Assembly: GCA_013239625.1 (NCBI GenBank)
Contig: MU054187.1
Span: forward strand, 808,001-872,000
Reading direction: 5' to 3'
Origin: Lama guanicoe
Lineage: Eukaryota
DNA length: 64,000 nt
Each line of letters begins with the position of its first letter. Position 1 is the first letter of the stretch. Made by a program: the position numbers and the translations under genes. Positions 35,387-47,534 of the stretch are shown piece by piece. Below the pieces are notes generated by a model. That model worked only from the letters and a program-made list of their open reading frames with translations. It did no database searches and was not told where the DNA came from.

Positions 35387-37437
35387 AGAGAAAAAGGAGG
35401 AAGGGAGTCAGCAAGGAGATAAGACGTCCACTCCTTGAACTATTTCCAGGAGCACGTTGACGTCCTTCGCACAGATTTTCATCCCAGAGAAAGGTACTGA
35501 GTATTTGTGGACAGCAGAGCGAAAGGCCCCAGAGACTCCTGCAGACAAGCCCCTGAAGCCTGCGAGGACAGCGAGGTCGCTGGACGGGCCCCGTGTGATC
35601 CCGGGAGAGGGAGGCAGAGGCCGGGGCAGGAGAGGGGCTCCGGGACCCGCGGCCGGCTTGAAGAGGGAGAGCCCTCCAGGAAAGTTCTGGAAGAAGCTGA
35701 AGCCTGCAGGTCTGGGGGGCTTGGAAGAGGACCCCAACCTGAGAGGAGAGAGGCTTCCCCGCCCCCGTCTCAGTCTTGGCCCCGGGAGACCCTGGGCAGA
35801 GAGTCCACCACTCCGGGCCAGGCTTCTGGCCAAGGGTAAGGAAAGCTCGTAAGTGGCTATTGTTCTAAGACACTAAGTGCATGGGGATTTGTGGGGGCAA
35901 CATCAAAAAATTAATACAACCTTTAGACTGGTGTCTGCACGTGTGTTACACCACGGAGTGCGTACAGACAGATGGGCGGCCAGACGCCGCCGCATGGGCT
36001 CGGTCACTTGTGCGGCGGATGGAGTGTCCCCAGGGCCCCGGGCGGACACCTGACCTGTGCGTGACAGGACTCGGGACCGGTTCTGTCAGTTCTGCGTTGA
36101 CTGGCTTATTCCGTGGGGAAATTCACCCCATGCACAGTTTCACTTTACACAGTTCCGTCTCATAATAATGCAACAACCTCAGGCTTATTCTGGATGTGGT
36201 CTCCCACAGCTGGCCCGGCTACTATGCCGCAAGCCCCACGCTGCCTGCTGTGCGTGTGTCTAAAGACGCGACACACTGCTGCTGCTTTCCACGTGGCCCT
36301 GGGCCCCACGTGGACAAGCGCTTTGAAAGCTGGGGACGTGCTTTTACCTGCATTTCACCCCAGCACCTTTCATGGTGATGTGTTCAACATCTATTTAATT
36401 CATTATTAAAATTGTGTAATTAATGAACAATTGCATTTTATACTGTATTAGCTATTAAAGTGTCTCTCCCTTCTGTGTCTCTCCATAAAAGCATTTCTGT
36501 GTGTGTTTTTCAGTCCTTAATTCTTGGAAATCATGTTTTTCCTAGACCGATTGTTGTAAGTTCTTTTTAAAAATAGAAATTTTGAGGATTCCAATATGAG
36601 AAAAAATAAATTGACTTTATAATAATGGATCACATTAGAAGAGTATTTGCTTTTTCATATCACGTAGTCTTACCAAGTCTCTTCTCTTGAAATTTGAACA
36701 TTTAACATGTAACAGATTTTCAGAGATTACTAAGTGAAATGCTTTAACTTTTGTTTCAAAGAAAATTATTCTATAGTGATGAAAAGATAATCAAAATCAC
36801 TAATCGTTGTTTTACATTTATACTATTCAAAGGGATCTAGCTCGAATGAGAGAGCTGGGTAGATGCATTTAGCATTAAAATGCCTAAGATGCTTCCAGAA
36901 TATTGAAACAATTGTCAATCACTTACAGATGCCTCGTTTTCATAACCACAGTTTTCTGCAGATATGACGCTGTCATGTGCACACTGTCACAGTCTGCATC
37001 ACCCGGCTGACACAGGGAACAGCTCCTGGAGCAAAATGAATGTCTTCAGACTCTCAGAGGACGGCTTCCCCCTTGTGCAGTCAATCATCTGATGGAATTT
37101 AAGATTTTGGTTCTGGTAGGAGATTTGGACCAACATCAGGAAAGGCTGTAAGAGACACGGTCGGGTGACATCACGGAGCAGAGCAGTAGGTGGGTGCCCG
37201 GTACCAACAAAGGGCGTGGGGACCACCTAACGTGAACCACACAGACGACTGACGCCTGCACAGGTGAGCTCCGTGCGTGCGAGTTAATGGACAGCAGTTT
37301 ATCCAGATGCTCTAGAATCGTGATGCACCGTAGCTGTGTGTGGTGGCGGGGGGGGGGGTACCAGCACCTCTCCTGAGCGGATGTGTATGTAATCAGTGCA
37401 GTTATGTCTGATATAAAACTAGGTCACATGCAGCGTG

Positions 37438-37835
37438 CGTGGCTGTGGCTGTGCATTCTCCCTCCAAAGCCTTCCTCACCCCACGTGTCCAGTCCCTTCC
37501 CCTGTGACTTCGCCGTTCCTCCCACGCAAAGTGGAGCGCACATCCCAGTCACAGTGGTGGGTGAGTCCATTTTGTCCGGGAGATGTTAGCAGACATGACA
37601 GGAGGGACGGGTCCGTCCCCACCTGCCCTCAGCCTGGGGAGGACCCGCATCACTGTCTCGGGTGCCTGGAGCCACGGGAGGCACCCTGCCCCACCTGCGG
37701 CGGCCCCAGCCCAGCCCTGGTCGGCCCCCTGCGGACACACCTGGCGTAGCCAGCACAGACGGCAGCGCGGGGGCACCTGAGCTTTGGATCGGTTTGTTAT
37801 GCAGAGTTATTATGACAACGAATGATAAGATGCTT
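37438..37835 (+). mobile_element. MLT1-family MaLR LTR
   Basis: cccctgtgacttcgccgttcctccc...gatgttagcagacatgac...cctgagctttggatcggtttgttatgcagagttattatgacaa. Confidence 0.6.
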
Positions 37836-39479
37836 TCCAAAGAAATTAAATACAGGTATGTTTCCAGGGTTTCCAAGTACCCAAGGCCCACGCAGGTGAC
37901 GCTGTCACGGGGGGCTCCTTCACGTGGCTCCACTGTGGCCGTGTCAAACCTCCCCTGGGCGCCCTGCGGTCTGCGTGCTGCCCTGTCTTCCCCGCAGGTG
38001 AGCAAGTGAAAGCAGTTCTGGGGGCAACATGGAAAGAAGGTGCAGGCACACACGCAACTGAGGTTCCCGACACGTCCTCCCTTGTCCTGGAAGCACAGCG
38101 CTGCCGTTCGTAGTCTTGTCACACAGCGTAGTTACCAGCAGGCACTCGCTCGGATTTTTCTACCAAGACAAACATTCAAGAAAAACAGCTAGGAGGAGGC
38201 ACATCTGAACCATCTGCGAAGGCACCAGACAGGGCCCACCGTCAGCTGTCAGCACCGACTGGAGAGCCTGTCGCCAGGGCGGGGAAGAGCCTGTCGCCAG
38301 GGCAGGGGGCGCTCGCAAACAGGCTCCCGCAGGTGTTGCCGGCAGAGCTGCATGCTCTGCTGTTTCCAGCTGCTGTGATTTCGTAAGTCAAATATTTCTC
38401 TTCCCAAGTGTTTCATGACTTGTATTTTGTTTCCTCCCTTGAATCAGGTACACCACCCAGAAAGACAAAGATGGCCAGGCTGGTCAGGTCAAACGAGTCT
38501 CGTTGGCGACACAGGAAATGCGTGTCATTAGCTGAACAAGTCGTTAGCGGTCCTGTGATTCTGCTGTTTGTGCCTCAAAAATGTAAGTGACGAGAATGCT
38601 TGGGACCAGAGTTTTAGGTTTTGCATGAACGGTTGTTGCTAAAGGCAAAACATGGAAATTCCAAAGTGAAAATAAGAGACGGTTATGAATAAATCATGGT
38701 TAACCAATTAAACCTCAGTCATTATCATTGTAACCAACGTTATTCTAGAATTTTACTGTTTCTTTTTCTGTACTTTCATAAATGCACAGTATATTTAAAT
38801 TTGCCTTTTTCTTTGCAAGATAGCTTTTGCCCACGCTTGTATAATATTAGCTTAGAAAAACAGCTGAAATGTGACTGAAATAAATTGTGCATATAATATA
38901 TATAGACAGACAGAGAGAGACAGGAGCCGAGAGCGCCAGCCTTGGAAGTGAAGCGGGGTCGCCCGGTCACCTCCCCCAGTCTGTTTGTGCTGTTGCTTAT
39001 TTAATTTTCCTCTTCACACATTGCCTAGTACCACGCCTTTAATCAGATGAATTAATTTAGATATTTCAGCTACTTTTCTGTTTCAAGTGTTTATAACTAT
39101 ATCACGTCTTTTTTTCATGATGAAAAAAAGCTTTATTGTTTTCAAGTTATAAAATGAATACACAGTCTTTTAAAACATTTGGGACAATTTTGGAAATGAA
39201 GAAGGAAAAACAAAAATACTCCACAACAGTGTATAAAACACTGGAAAAGTCATCAACTTGGTGCTTAACCTCAGAGTGGCTGGTAACTTCTAAGTGGACC
39301 ATGACACCCGGGAAGAAGTGTAAACGGGCCAGGTTACTTTAATCCCCCTCAAGTCCCTTCCCCTCAGCATGGGGGTGTCGCCCTCCATCCCTCTGGGGGT
39401 CAGCGACGTTCCTCCTCTCCACGGAGGCGTTCCCGCAGGTTTGAGAAGCTGAGGTGACTGCCGTCAGTGTCCGCGTGTG

Positions 39480-39940
39480 CAGAGGCTTTGCTACTTATTC
39501 TGCCAGCATCTGCCTTTTGACCGAGGAGCTCAGTCTGTTTATGTTCAGTTACCGGCGAGGCAGGGTCTGTGTCTGCTGTCCGTATGTCTTACATGATTTT
39601 TTGGTACCTCTGTTTTCTCAACGCCACCCTCTTATGTGTTAAATACAGATTTCCCAGTATATCCTTGCTTTTCCCTTTTACTATATTTTTGAGTGATTTT
39701 CTAGTAGTTTCTCTGGAGATAAGAATTAACATCTTATCTTAACAACTGGGTTTTAATGAGCACAAATTTGATTTCAATAGTACACGAAAACCTTCTCTCC
39801 GGTATAGTTTTGTTCCACACCCCCTCCTTTGTGCAATTTTGGTCACACAAATTACCTTTTTATATATTGTAACCCTATCAAAGCAGCTTTACAGTTATTA
39901 CTGCATGCAGTTATCTTTGAAGTCTGATAAGAAACATTAT
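39480..39940 (-). mobile_element. Ancient L1M fragment
   Basis: tctgccagcatctgccttttga...aattaacatcttatcttaacaa...atttcaatagtacacgaaaac...tgcagttatctttgaa; same L1 region as 44770-45540. Confidence 0.65.
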
Positions 39941-40636
39941 CTGGGCCGAGGCTGAAAAGGAGACTAGGTGAGGGACCGTCAGTGAAAACAAAGCAGGTGC
40001 GGATTATGGCCAGGATTCATAAGGTCAAAATTCTCACATAGAGGAGGCAACGGGATACTGAGAAACCAGAACCATGAAAAACATCCCGCTATACTATATT
40101 CACCTTTTTTAAGCCTTAATTTCACCTTCCACCTGAGATCCCTTAATTAATTTCTTTTCCTCATCCGCTTTTTTCATACTGTACTTCAAGGCTGAAGTCA
40201 TATTTGGATTCATCTTCCCCATAAAATTAAAATACAAAAACCCATGTTAATTTTAAAAAACATGAAGAGATGTAAGAATCAATTAATTAATTACTACCAG
40301 AGTTTTTGGTAGATCATGATTCTTTCCCTAAACACACAATTCAGGCAGCAGGTTAAGGATATAAGCTGTAGACCTGATGAGACACGGTTGTCTAAGTCAG
40401 ATAAATGGCTACACGCATGCGTAGCACTTATCAAAGAGTGAACACACGGGTGTGATCACACTTCAACTTACAGATTGAGAGTTTGTCAATTTTTCTCCAT
40501 TAAAATCAGGACTATGCTTTCTACATGAATTCATATAAAACCAGTCACTTTGTGAACTTTTAGAAATACAAGAAAACCTTCTTGCACTTAGGAGTTAATT
40601 GAACCAATTAACCATCTTTCACAAATAACTGTACCT

Positions 40637-41047
40637 GGTGAAAAGGGAACCTTCCTGCACTGCTGGAGGGAATGTTAATCGGTGTAGCCATTGTGGAAAA
40701 CAGTATGGCGGTGCCTCCAAAAACTATAACTAGAACTTACCACATGATCCAACAATCCCACCCCCAGATATATATCTGGAGAGAACTCTGATTTGAAAAG
40801 ATACATGCACCCCAGTGTTCATAGCAGCACTACATACAACAGCCAAGACATGGAAGCAACCTAAGTGTCCATCAAAGGATGACTGGAGGAAGAAGCTGTG
40901 GTATATTTATACAATGGAATACTACTCAGCCATGAAAAAGAATAAAACAATGCCATTTGCATCAACATGGATGGACCTAGAGATTATCATGCTAAGTGAA
41001 GCCAGACAAAGAAAGATAAATATACGATATCACTTGTATGTGGAATC
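40637..41047 (+). mobile_element. L1 ORF2 3' fragment
   Basis: [43 protein letters not shown]; ends at tatgtggaatc with no 3'UTR. Confidence 0.9.
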
Positions 41048-41248
41048 CCCCTCAATAGCCTCATGTAACTGCCTCATTTCATGCGGGTCCCAGATAAGAT
41101 GTCACTTTAAAGCACCACACGCCGGAGATCTCTGTTTCTGGTAGCTGAACTCCTCCAGCCTGAAGGGTAAAAGAGAACTCTAAAATTCAGTAGGCACCAT
41201 TCATTGTCTGCTGGCTCCCAGGATCACCATTTTGCGGAGGACTGTGAA

Positions 41249-41262
41249 CCACTAGAGGGCAG
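41249..41262 (+). promoter_or_regulatory. CTCF core motif match
   Basis: CCACTAGAGGGCAG fits CCASYAGRKGGCRS with no mismatch; binding not shown. Confidence 0.55.
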
Positions 41263-42839
41263 GAACTTAGCCATGTTAACAGCAAATCATAATACACACC
41301 TACACCTGGCCATTCTTTAATCGGCGTTTGTTGTTCTAATTTTCAAAGTGCACCTGCACAATTGCTTGAGACCTGAAGCAATTATTTCACAAAACACGGA
41401 ATACTTGAGGAAAGAAACCTCCCTGACATCGTCAAGGACAAATTGCTCCAGGGCGCCTTCCCAATCACAGCCCTTCCTGAGCAACTGCCTTGACGTGGCT
41501 TTTTAATTATTCTTCTCGCCTCACAATAGAAGGAGGTAATTACAGCTCCTGCTCTTAATTACAAGTGCCTCGCCCCTTGCCTCTGGTCCTGCTCTGTCTC
41601 TAACGCAGTGAATCACAGCTTTTGCTGAGAAAATTTTGTTGGGAACCAGAGCCTTTGTTTCATTTTCCTAACAAGTCATCTGAAAAAAAAACAATCCATG
41701 CAACCTGCAGGCTTCTCAGAATGGACGTCATCCACCGCCCTTGCAATCGTCTCGTGCTCCAGCATCTTCCTTGGAGAGGGGTTAGAATGAAGAGCCACAA
41801 CAAGACCCCTCTGGTGTTAATTTCTCTTTCTTTGCTTTTGTTTTCAGTATTTGATGGAGGGAAATTTGGGTGTCACCCTAAATATGACACAGGCATGAGT
41901 CTGCTGCATGACTTCTTTTTATTCTTCCCTTTGAATATCAGAGTCACCTCTTAGCACGTTCAAAGCCTAATTTAGTGTCTTCCTCCCCAGACGTGCCTCT
42001 TCCTGTCTGCGATCCCTCTTCAGAATTTGGCTGCCACAAAACTTTCCAGCCTTGAGTGTTGCTTCCTCACTCTCCCCCACCCCCGCTCCACCTGCTCCCC
42101 CGAAGGGGTCTGCTCACTGCTCCTGAACACGGACATCCTTCCTGGACGGGCAGGGATGGCTGAGGAGCCGGCAACCTTCTGTCAGGGCCACAGCAAATCT
42201 TTATCGTGATGAGGGATGGGCCCAGGATGAAGGTTCTTGCCTCTGTGGTGTGAATCCACCACTGACACCAGAGAAGGGAGGCCCAGGCTTTCTTATCAGC
42301 TTTCCCAGATACTGGGCATAAAGGGAAGAGGACGGATGAGGCTTAAAAGCTGTCAGCAGTCAAACATCAAAAAATGGAGCCAGACACTTTATTGCAGCTT
42401 TAAAGAAAGCAGTTACTGAAATGATAGCAAAAGAAACCATAAGCGCGCCTAGCATTACAGTAAACGCTGCACCAGCAGGGAGAGAAAAATGTGACGCTCG
42501 ATGGCTCAGATTTAAGTTCCGTGATCAGAGGCAATTTCCCCAGAATCAGTGACTTTCAGAGGTATGCACAGAAATGTCTTTGATTGGTTTTTTATGACTT
42601 CCAGGAAGCATGTTGCTACTGGAAGAAATAATAACACAAACACCAGAACTTCTCAAACCCATTGCTGACATCTTGTGACGTCTCTGTCCTTTCCCAGATT
42701 TCTTCCTTCCTCTGCAGCCTCTCCCTCTTTCGCCATCTCCTGAACTGTCTCCTCTTCCTCTGAAACACCCCTCAGTATTTGAATGCCCCAGGGCTAGGTG
42801 TAGCCACACCTTTGTTTTTGAACTCCTCCTGTCTAGATG

Positions 42840-43160
42840 CGGGGTCGCCAAAATACAGCCCCTGGTCCAAATCCAGCCTGCCACCTGTTTTTGTATGGCC
42901 CACAAGCTGGGGATAGTTCTTCCATTTTAAATGGTGGGGAAAAAGTCAGCCAAGAACGGTATTGCATTACGCCTGAAACCAAAATGTCAGTGGCCACCAG
43001 TGAAGTCTCGTCGGACACAGCTGTACCCCCTCATCCAGGGACTGCCTACGGCTGCTTTGCCTCTGCTGCCACAGACATGACACAAGGCGCTCTCAGAGCC
43101 ACACACAAGCCCCCCCCGCCAATGTGTCGCCATCTTTGGAAGCAAAAGCCCTTTGCTTTA
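42840..43160. mobile_element. MER58-like hAT-Charlie DNA transposon
   Basis: ggggtcgccaaaatacagcccctggtccaaatccagcctgccacctgtttttgtatggcccacaagct...tgcctacggctgctttgc. Confidence 0.75.
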
Positions 43161-43209
43161 GTCTCCCAGACCTCCCCTGAGTCTCAAAAGGTTAGGTCAA
43201 GAGTGAATG

Positions 43210-43490
43210 ACTAGGACACGTAAACGTGCAGAAACGAACAACTGCTCTGGGCCAGGAAACAGGTAACGGTTTAGACTATAAATGAGCCACATAACAGCCA
43301 CAGAACGCCCGGTTCCCAGACAGAGATAACGAGGTCTGACACACACGCCTCACCCCAGACCCAGACCGGCTGGGACCAGAAGGCTGATGACAGTGACTCC
43401 CGATGAGCTCACTGCCAGCCAATCAGAAGAAGGTCCCCGAGCTGACCAGGCGCCTGGCAGCCCCCTAATGCTGCCTGAAAACCACAGAGA
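43210..43490 (+). mobile_element. LTR-like fragment
   Basis: aactgctctgggcca...gaccggctgggaccagaaggctgatgac...agccaatcagaagaa, with a CCAAT box; resembles an ERV1 LTR U3. Confidence 0.45.
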
Positions 43491-43494
43491 AAGC

Positions 43495-44530
43495 CGGGCC
43501 TCTATCTTACATCATACAGAAATACCAACTCAAATGGTTAAAGACTCAACAGGAGACCCGAAACCACAAAACTCCCAGAAGGAAACACAGGCAGTTTGCT
43601 CTCTGACGTTAGTCTTGGCTGTGTTTGTTTTGGGTCTGTCTCCTCGGACAAGGGAAACACAAGCGAAAGTAAACAAGAGGGACCACATCAGACTAGAGAA
43701 CTGTTGCACAGGGAAGGAAGCCATCAGCAAAACGAAGCGGCCACTGACTAAATGTAGGAAGGTATTTGCAAACGCTGTATCCAATGAAGGGTTAACATCC
43801 AAAGTACACAGAGAACTCCTGCAACGCAACATCAAAAAGCAAGCAATCCACTTAGAAAACGGGCCGAGGACCTGAATAGACATTTTCCAAAGACGACATT
43901 CAGATGGCCAACAGGCACACGAGAAGACGCTCGGCATCACTAAGCATCAGGGAAGTGCAAACCAGAACCACGATGAAATATCCCCTCTCACCTGGCAGAG
44001 TGGCTGTTGCCAAAAAGGCAGCAAGAAACAGGCGTTGACAAGTTTGTACGTTGCTGGTTGGAACGTCAATTGGTGCGGCCGCTGTGGAAAACAATATGGA
44101 GGAAAAAAATTATAAATAGAACTACCATACAATCCAGAAATTTAACTCCTGGATATATAGCCTAGGAAATAAAAAGCACTGAATTGGAAAGTTACATGGA
44201 CCCAAAGTTCTTAGCAGGACTATTTACAAAAGCCAAAACATGGAAGTGACCCGAGTGTCCATTAACAGACGGATAAAGAAGAGGGAGCTATTGGAACTAT
44301 TACTCAGCCATAAAAAAGATGAAATCTTGCCATCTGTGACAACATGGATGCACCTAGACGGTATTACGCTGAGTGGCATAAGTCAGACAGAGAAAGACGT
44401 ATCTCTGGGGAAGAGGGGTGGAAAGAAATAGGTGAGGGAGATTAGGAGGTCAGACTTCCAGTCACAAAATAAATGAGTCACAGGTATGAAATGTAAGCAT
44501 GTGGAGAATACTGTAACCAATCACTGTACA
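43495..44530 (+). mobile_element. Degraded L1 (ORF2 3' third plus part of 3'UTR)
   Basis: LGLSPRTRETQAKVNKRDHIRLENCCTGKEAISKTKRPLTKCRKVFAN; frameshifted. Confidence 0.9.
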
Positions 44531-44769
44531 GAATTAAAGCCTCTGTGTTTTCACTGAATAAGCTGTCTGGGAACAATTTCATCTCCGATCCTCCTTCCAC
44601 TCTGGTTTCAGAGCTCCCTGTTTGCAAACCAGGCTTACATGCACAATAAACTCTTTCTATATACTTAGAATGTATGTTTTTGTTGCTGCATTTTTCATGG
44701 GATTTCATGCTCTCAGATACTCGTATACCTTCCAGCTCTTTTTCCTTTGGTGCTTCTTCATTCATCCTT

Positions 44770-45540
44770 TTACTGCTTTTATATATAAACTATGTCTCTT
44801 GTAGGCAAGATTAGTTGGAGTGCGGTGTTTTCGTGGTTGTTGGTAACACTTCCTGCCAGTCCGTGCCTCTTGATTGGCGTGTTTAATCCCGTTGTGGGCG
44901 GTGTAAGCACTGTCAAGTCAGGATTTGCAGGTGCCGTGCTGCCACGTATGTTCTATATGTCATGCGTTTTCCCTTAGTTCTTTCTTGGCTGCCCTTTTTT
45001 ATGTCAAATACAGAGATTCTTGTGAACCATCTTCATTCCCTTGGTTCCCTTGTACTCTGCTTTTCTGAGTTATTGTGGAAGTTGCCTTGAGGATTAAAAT
45101 GAACATCTTATCTCAACTCAAGCAAGTTCGTATTAATACCAAGTTAATTTCAATAATATACAGACAATTTGTTGTGATATGGCTTTGTTCCTAACCCCAT
45201 CATTATTGCTATTTGTCATGCAAATTATATCTTTAACAACATAAAACTATCAACACACATTTGTAATCATTGCTTTATGCAGTTATCTTTTAAATTATTT
45301 TGGAGAAGAAACGCACTGCAGCCCGCATGCATTTGTCCTGTCTCATATTTACCCACACGGTTCTTTCCCAGTGGCCTGATTTCTTCATTTGGATTTGAGT
45401 TTCTCTCCAGTGGATTTTCTCCAGCCTGAAGTGCCCCTTTATTGTTCTCGCAAGGCAGGTCTGCTCTGTTTTTGTTTACTTGGGATTGTCTCAATTTCTT
45501 CTTCATTTTTGAAGAATAGTTTTGCTGGATGTAGGATTCA
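44770..45540 (-). mobile_element. Ancient L1M fragment
   Basis: tatgtctcttgtaggcaag...tgccagtccgtgcctcttgattgg...ttcttcatttttgaagaatagttttgctggatgtaggattc. Confidence 0.7.
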
Positions 45541-46383
45541 AAATCTCGCATGTATTTCAGCAATCGCTTGTTAAACACAGCATATTATCTTCTCCTTCGC
45601 AGTTGTCATTCTCTGAAATTGCTTCAGAAGTCAGTTCCACCTGCTCGGTTGTAGTTACTTATCTAAACATGGGAAATGATTCGTTACTCATTTCTTACTT
45701 TTCCCCAAAGATTGTGCATAACTAACACCATGTAGATGGGCAGGAAAAAAGTGAATCTGCTGCATACAATTTACGTCATGGGGCTCTAGGGGTTTTTGTG
45801 AGGCCCCACGGAGAGAAGCTGGCTGAGCGTGCATCAGGAGTGAAGACACGGCCTCAGGGAAAGCAGCGCCACTTCTGACTTGGTTTTCAGCGTAACTTTA
45901 GGACCTAAAATAGTGTCTGGGCCACATTAGGCACCAAAGGAATACTTCCGGTGCTCATGAAAGATTATTTCTGTTTTAGCCTCTATTAGTTTCAAGTGGA
46001 CAGAAATAGTTATTATAATTACAGTTTGATTTCCTTTCAATATTAAAAAAATGAAAGAAGAAAAAAATAATTAAATCTTTGGAACAGAGTTGCAAAAACT
46101 GGCCGTAAGTAAGTACCCATCGCAGACGCTGCCTGCTGCCCGCTGGACCCCCTCCTCTTACTCCTAGCTGAGCAGCAGCCACGTTTCGTCGGCCCCTGGC
46201 AGGTCTGGGCTGTCACGTCGCATGTTCCAGACCTCAGTCCCCCTGGTTCCACCTCTAGGCTGCAGGGCTTCCAGGAAGCAACTCTTCGATTGACAAAAAG
46301 AAACTGGCTCAACTGGCTCCCAGTTTTGTGTCTTATTCTTGCCCTCGTCTTCCCTACTTTGTTTTGTTTTTAATCTTTGTGCT

Positions 46384-46614
46384 TTTTTTTAATTGAAGTG
46401 GAGTCACTTTACAATGTTGTGTCAGTTTCTGGAGCACAGCGTCATGTTTCAGTCATACATGTACACTCATATATTCCTTTTCATGCTGTTTTTCATTATA
46501 GGTTACTACAAGATGCTGCGTATAGTTCCCTGTGCTAGACAGTAGAACATTGCTGTTTATTTTTTATATAGTCATTAGTATCTGCAAATCTTGAACTGCC
46601 AATTGACCCCTTCC
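46384..46614 (-). mobile_element. L1 3'UTR fragment
   Basis: ttttttttaattgaagtggagtcactttacaatgttgtgtcagtttctgg...tagttccctgtgcta...tatctgcaaatcttgaact. Confidence 0.88.
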
Positions 46615-47356
46615 GTTGTTCTTGCTCTGAAGGCAGCTGTAATTTAATCAATAAGAAACAGAGAAGAGCACAGATTAGGGTAGAGGGGAGAGGGTGCCCC
46701 TCTCCCCCACCCCCCGTCCAAGGACTGAGTCCTGGTGACGTTTCTGTGCTGCCAAACCCTGGCATCAAACCTTCAGTCGCTCAGCTTCGAAATTCCCCTC
46801 ATGTGACATTGAAACAGGAAAACTGTCCTGTGTGACTGTGCTGCTCACCTCGGCTTCAGCAGAACCTGGGACGAGGGAAACGTTCACTCCAAGTGTCATT
46901 GGCCTAAGACAGTCCTGTCCAGGGCTCATACCTGGGTTTTACGAAGTCTGCAATCTCTTTGAAATAGCGATTTCCCCGAGGAAACTGAAACACAGAATGG
47001 ATGAGAATAACTTGCCTAATCTTACACAGCTGGTGCAAAGACCAGAGCTGAAAGAAGTCAGGTGTCCCAGCCCCTTCCCTACTGTCTACTTATTATATGT
47101 TTCATCTGATAGGAGAAAATGACTACGTTCTTATTTGCACTTTTATGAATAAACATCCCTGGGCATTTATTCACTGTATGTCATCTTTGATTTCACATAT
47201 ATTTACAGAAATGGATTGGCTACTTGTTTTGAAGCATGTTATTTCTAGAATTTCTCATAAATTGCATAAACTCCAACTGTAAGTGAAAGAAGTTGGAAAA
47301 AACCTGAACTGAAATGAGACATACTCACATGTGTCCCCAGAACTCACTGGGAAAGA

Positions 47357-47534
47357 GGGGGACGGTACAGCTCAGTGGTGGAGCACACACCTAGCATGCA
47401 CAAGGCCCTGAGTTCAATGCCCAGCATCGCCATCAGAAGACAAATAAGTCGAATTACCTCCCCTCAACAGAAGTAAAAAATCAAATAAATAAAAATAAAT
47501 GTAATAAAAATTTAAAAATTAAATTAAAAAAAAA
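47357..47534 (+). mobile_element. tRNA-derived SINE (camelid vic-1-like)
   Basis: ggggg...tacagctcagtgg (A box)...gagttcaatgcc (B box), A-rich tail; 18-bp TSD agaactcactgggaaaga (47339-47356) / agaattcattgggaaaga (47535-47552). Confidence 0.92.

Noticed and set aside
38263..38307. Two-copy 23-bp direct repeat agagcctgtcgccagggc
   Set aside because: Simple local duplication without spacers; not CRISPR-like and no evident function.
39480..45310. Similarity between 39480-39940 and 44850-45310 suggesting a local duplication
   Set aside because: Both look like highly diverged copies of the same old L1 region; independent insertions explain it.
47357..47435. tRNA-like sequence with A and B boxes
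   Set aside because: Followed by an A-rich tail and flanked by a TSD, so it is a SINE head rather than a tRNA gene.
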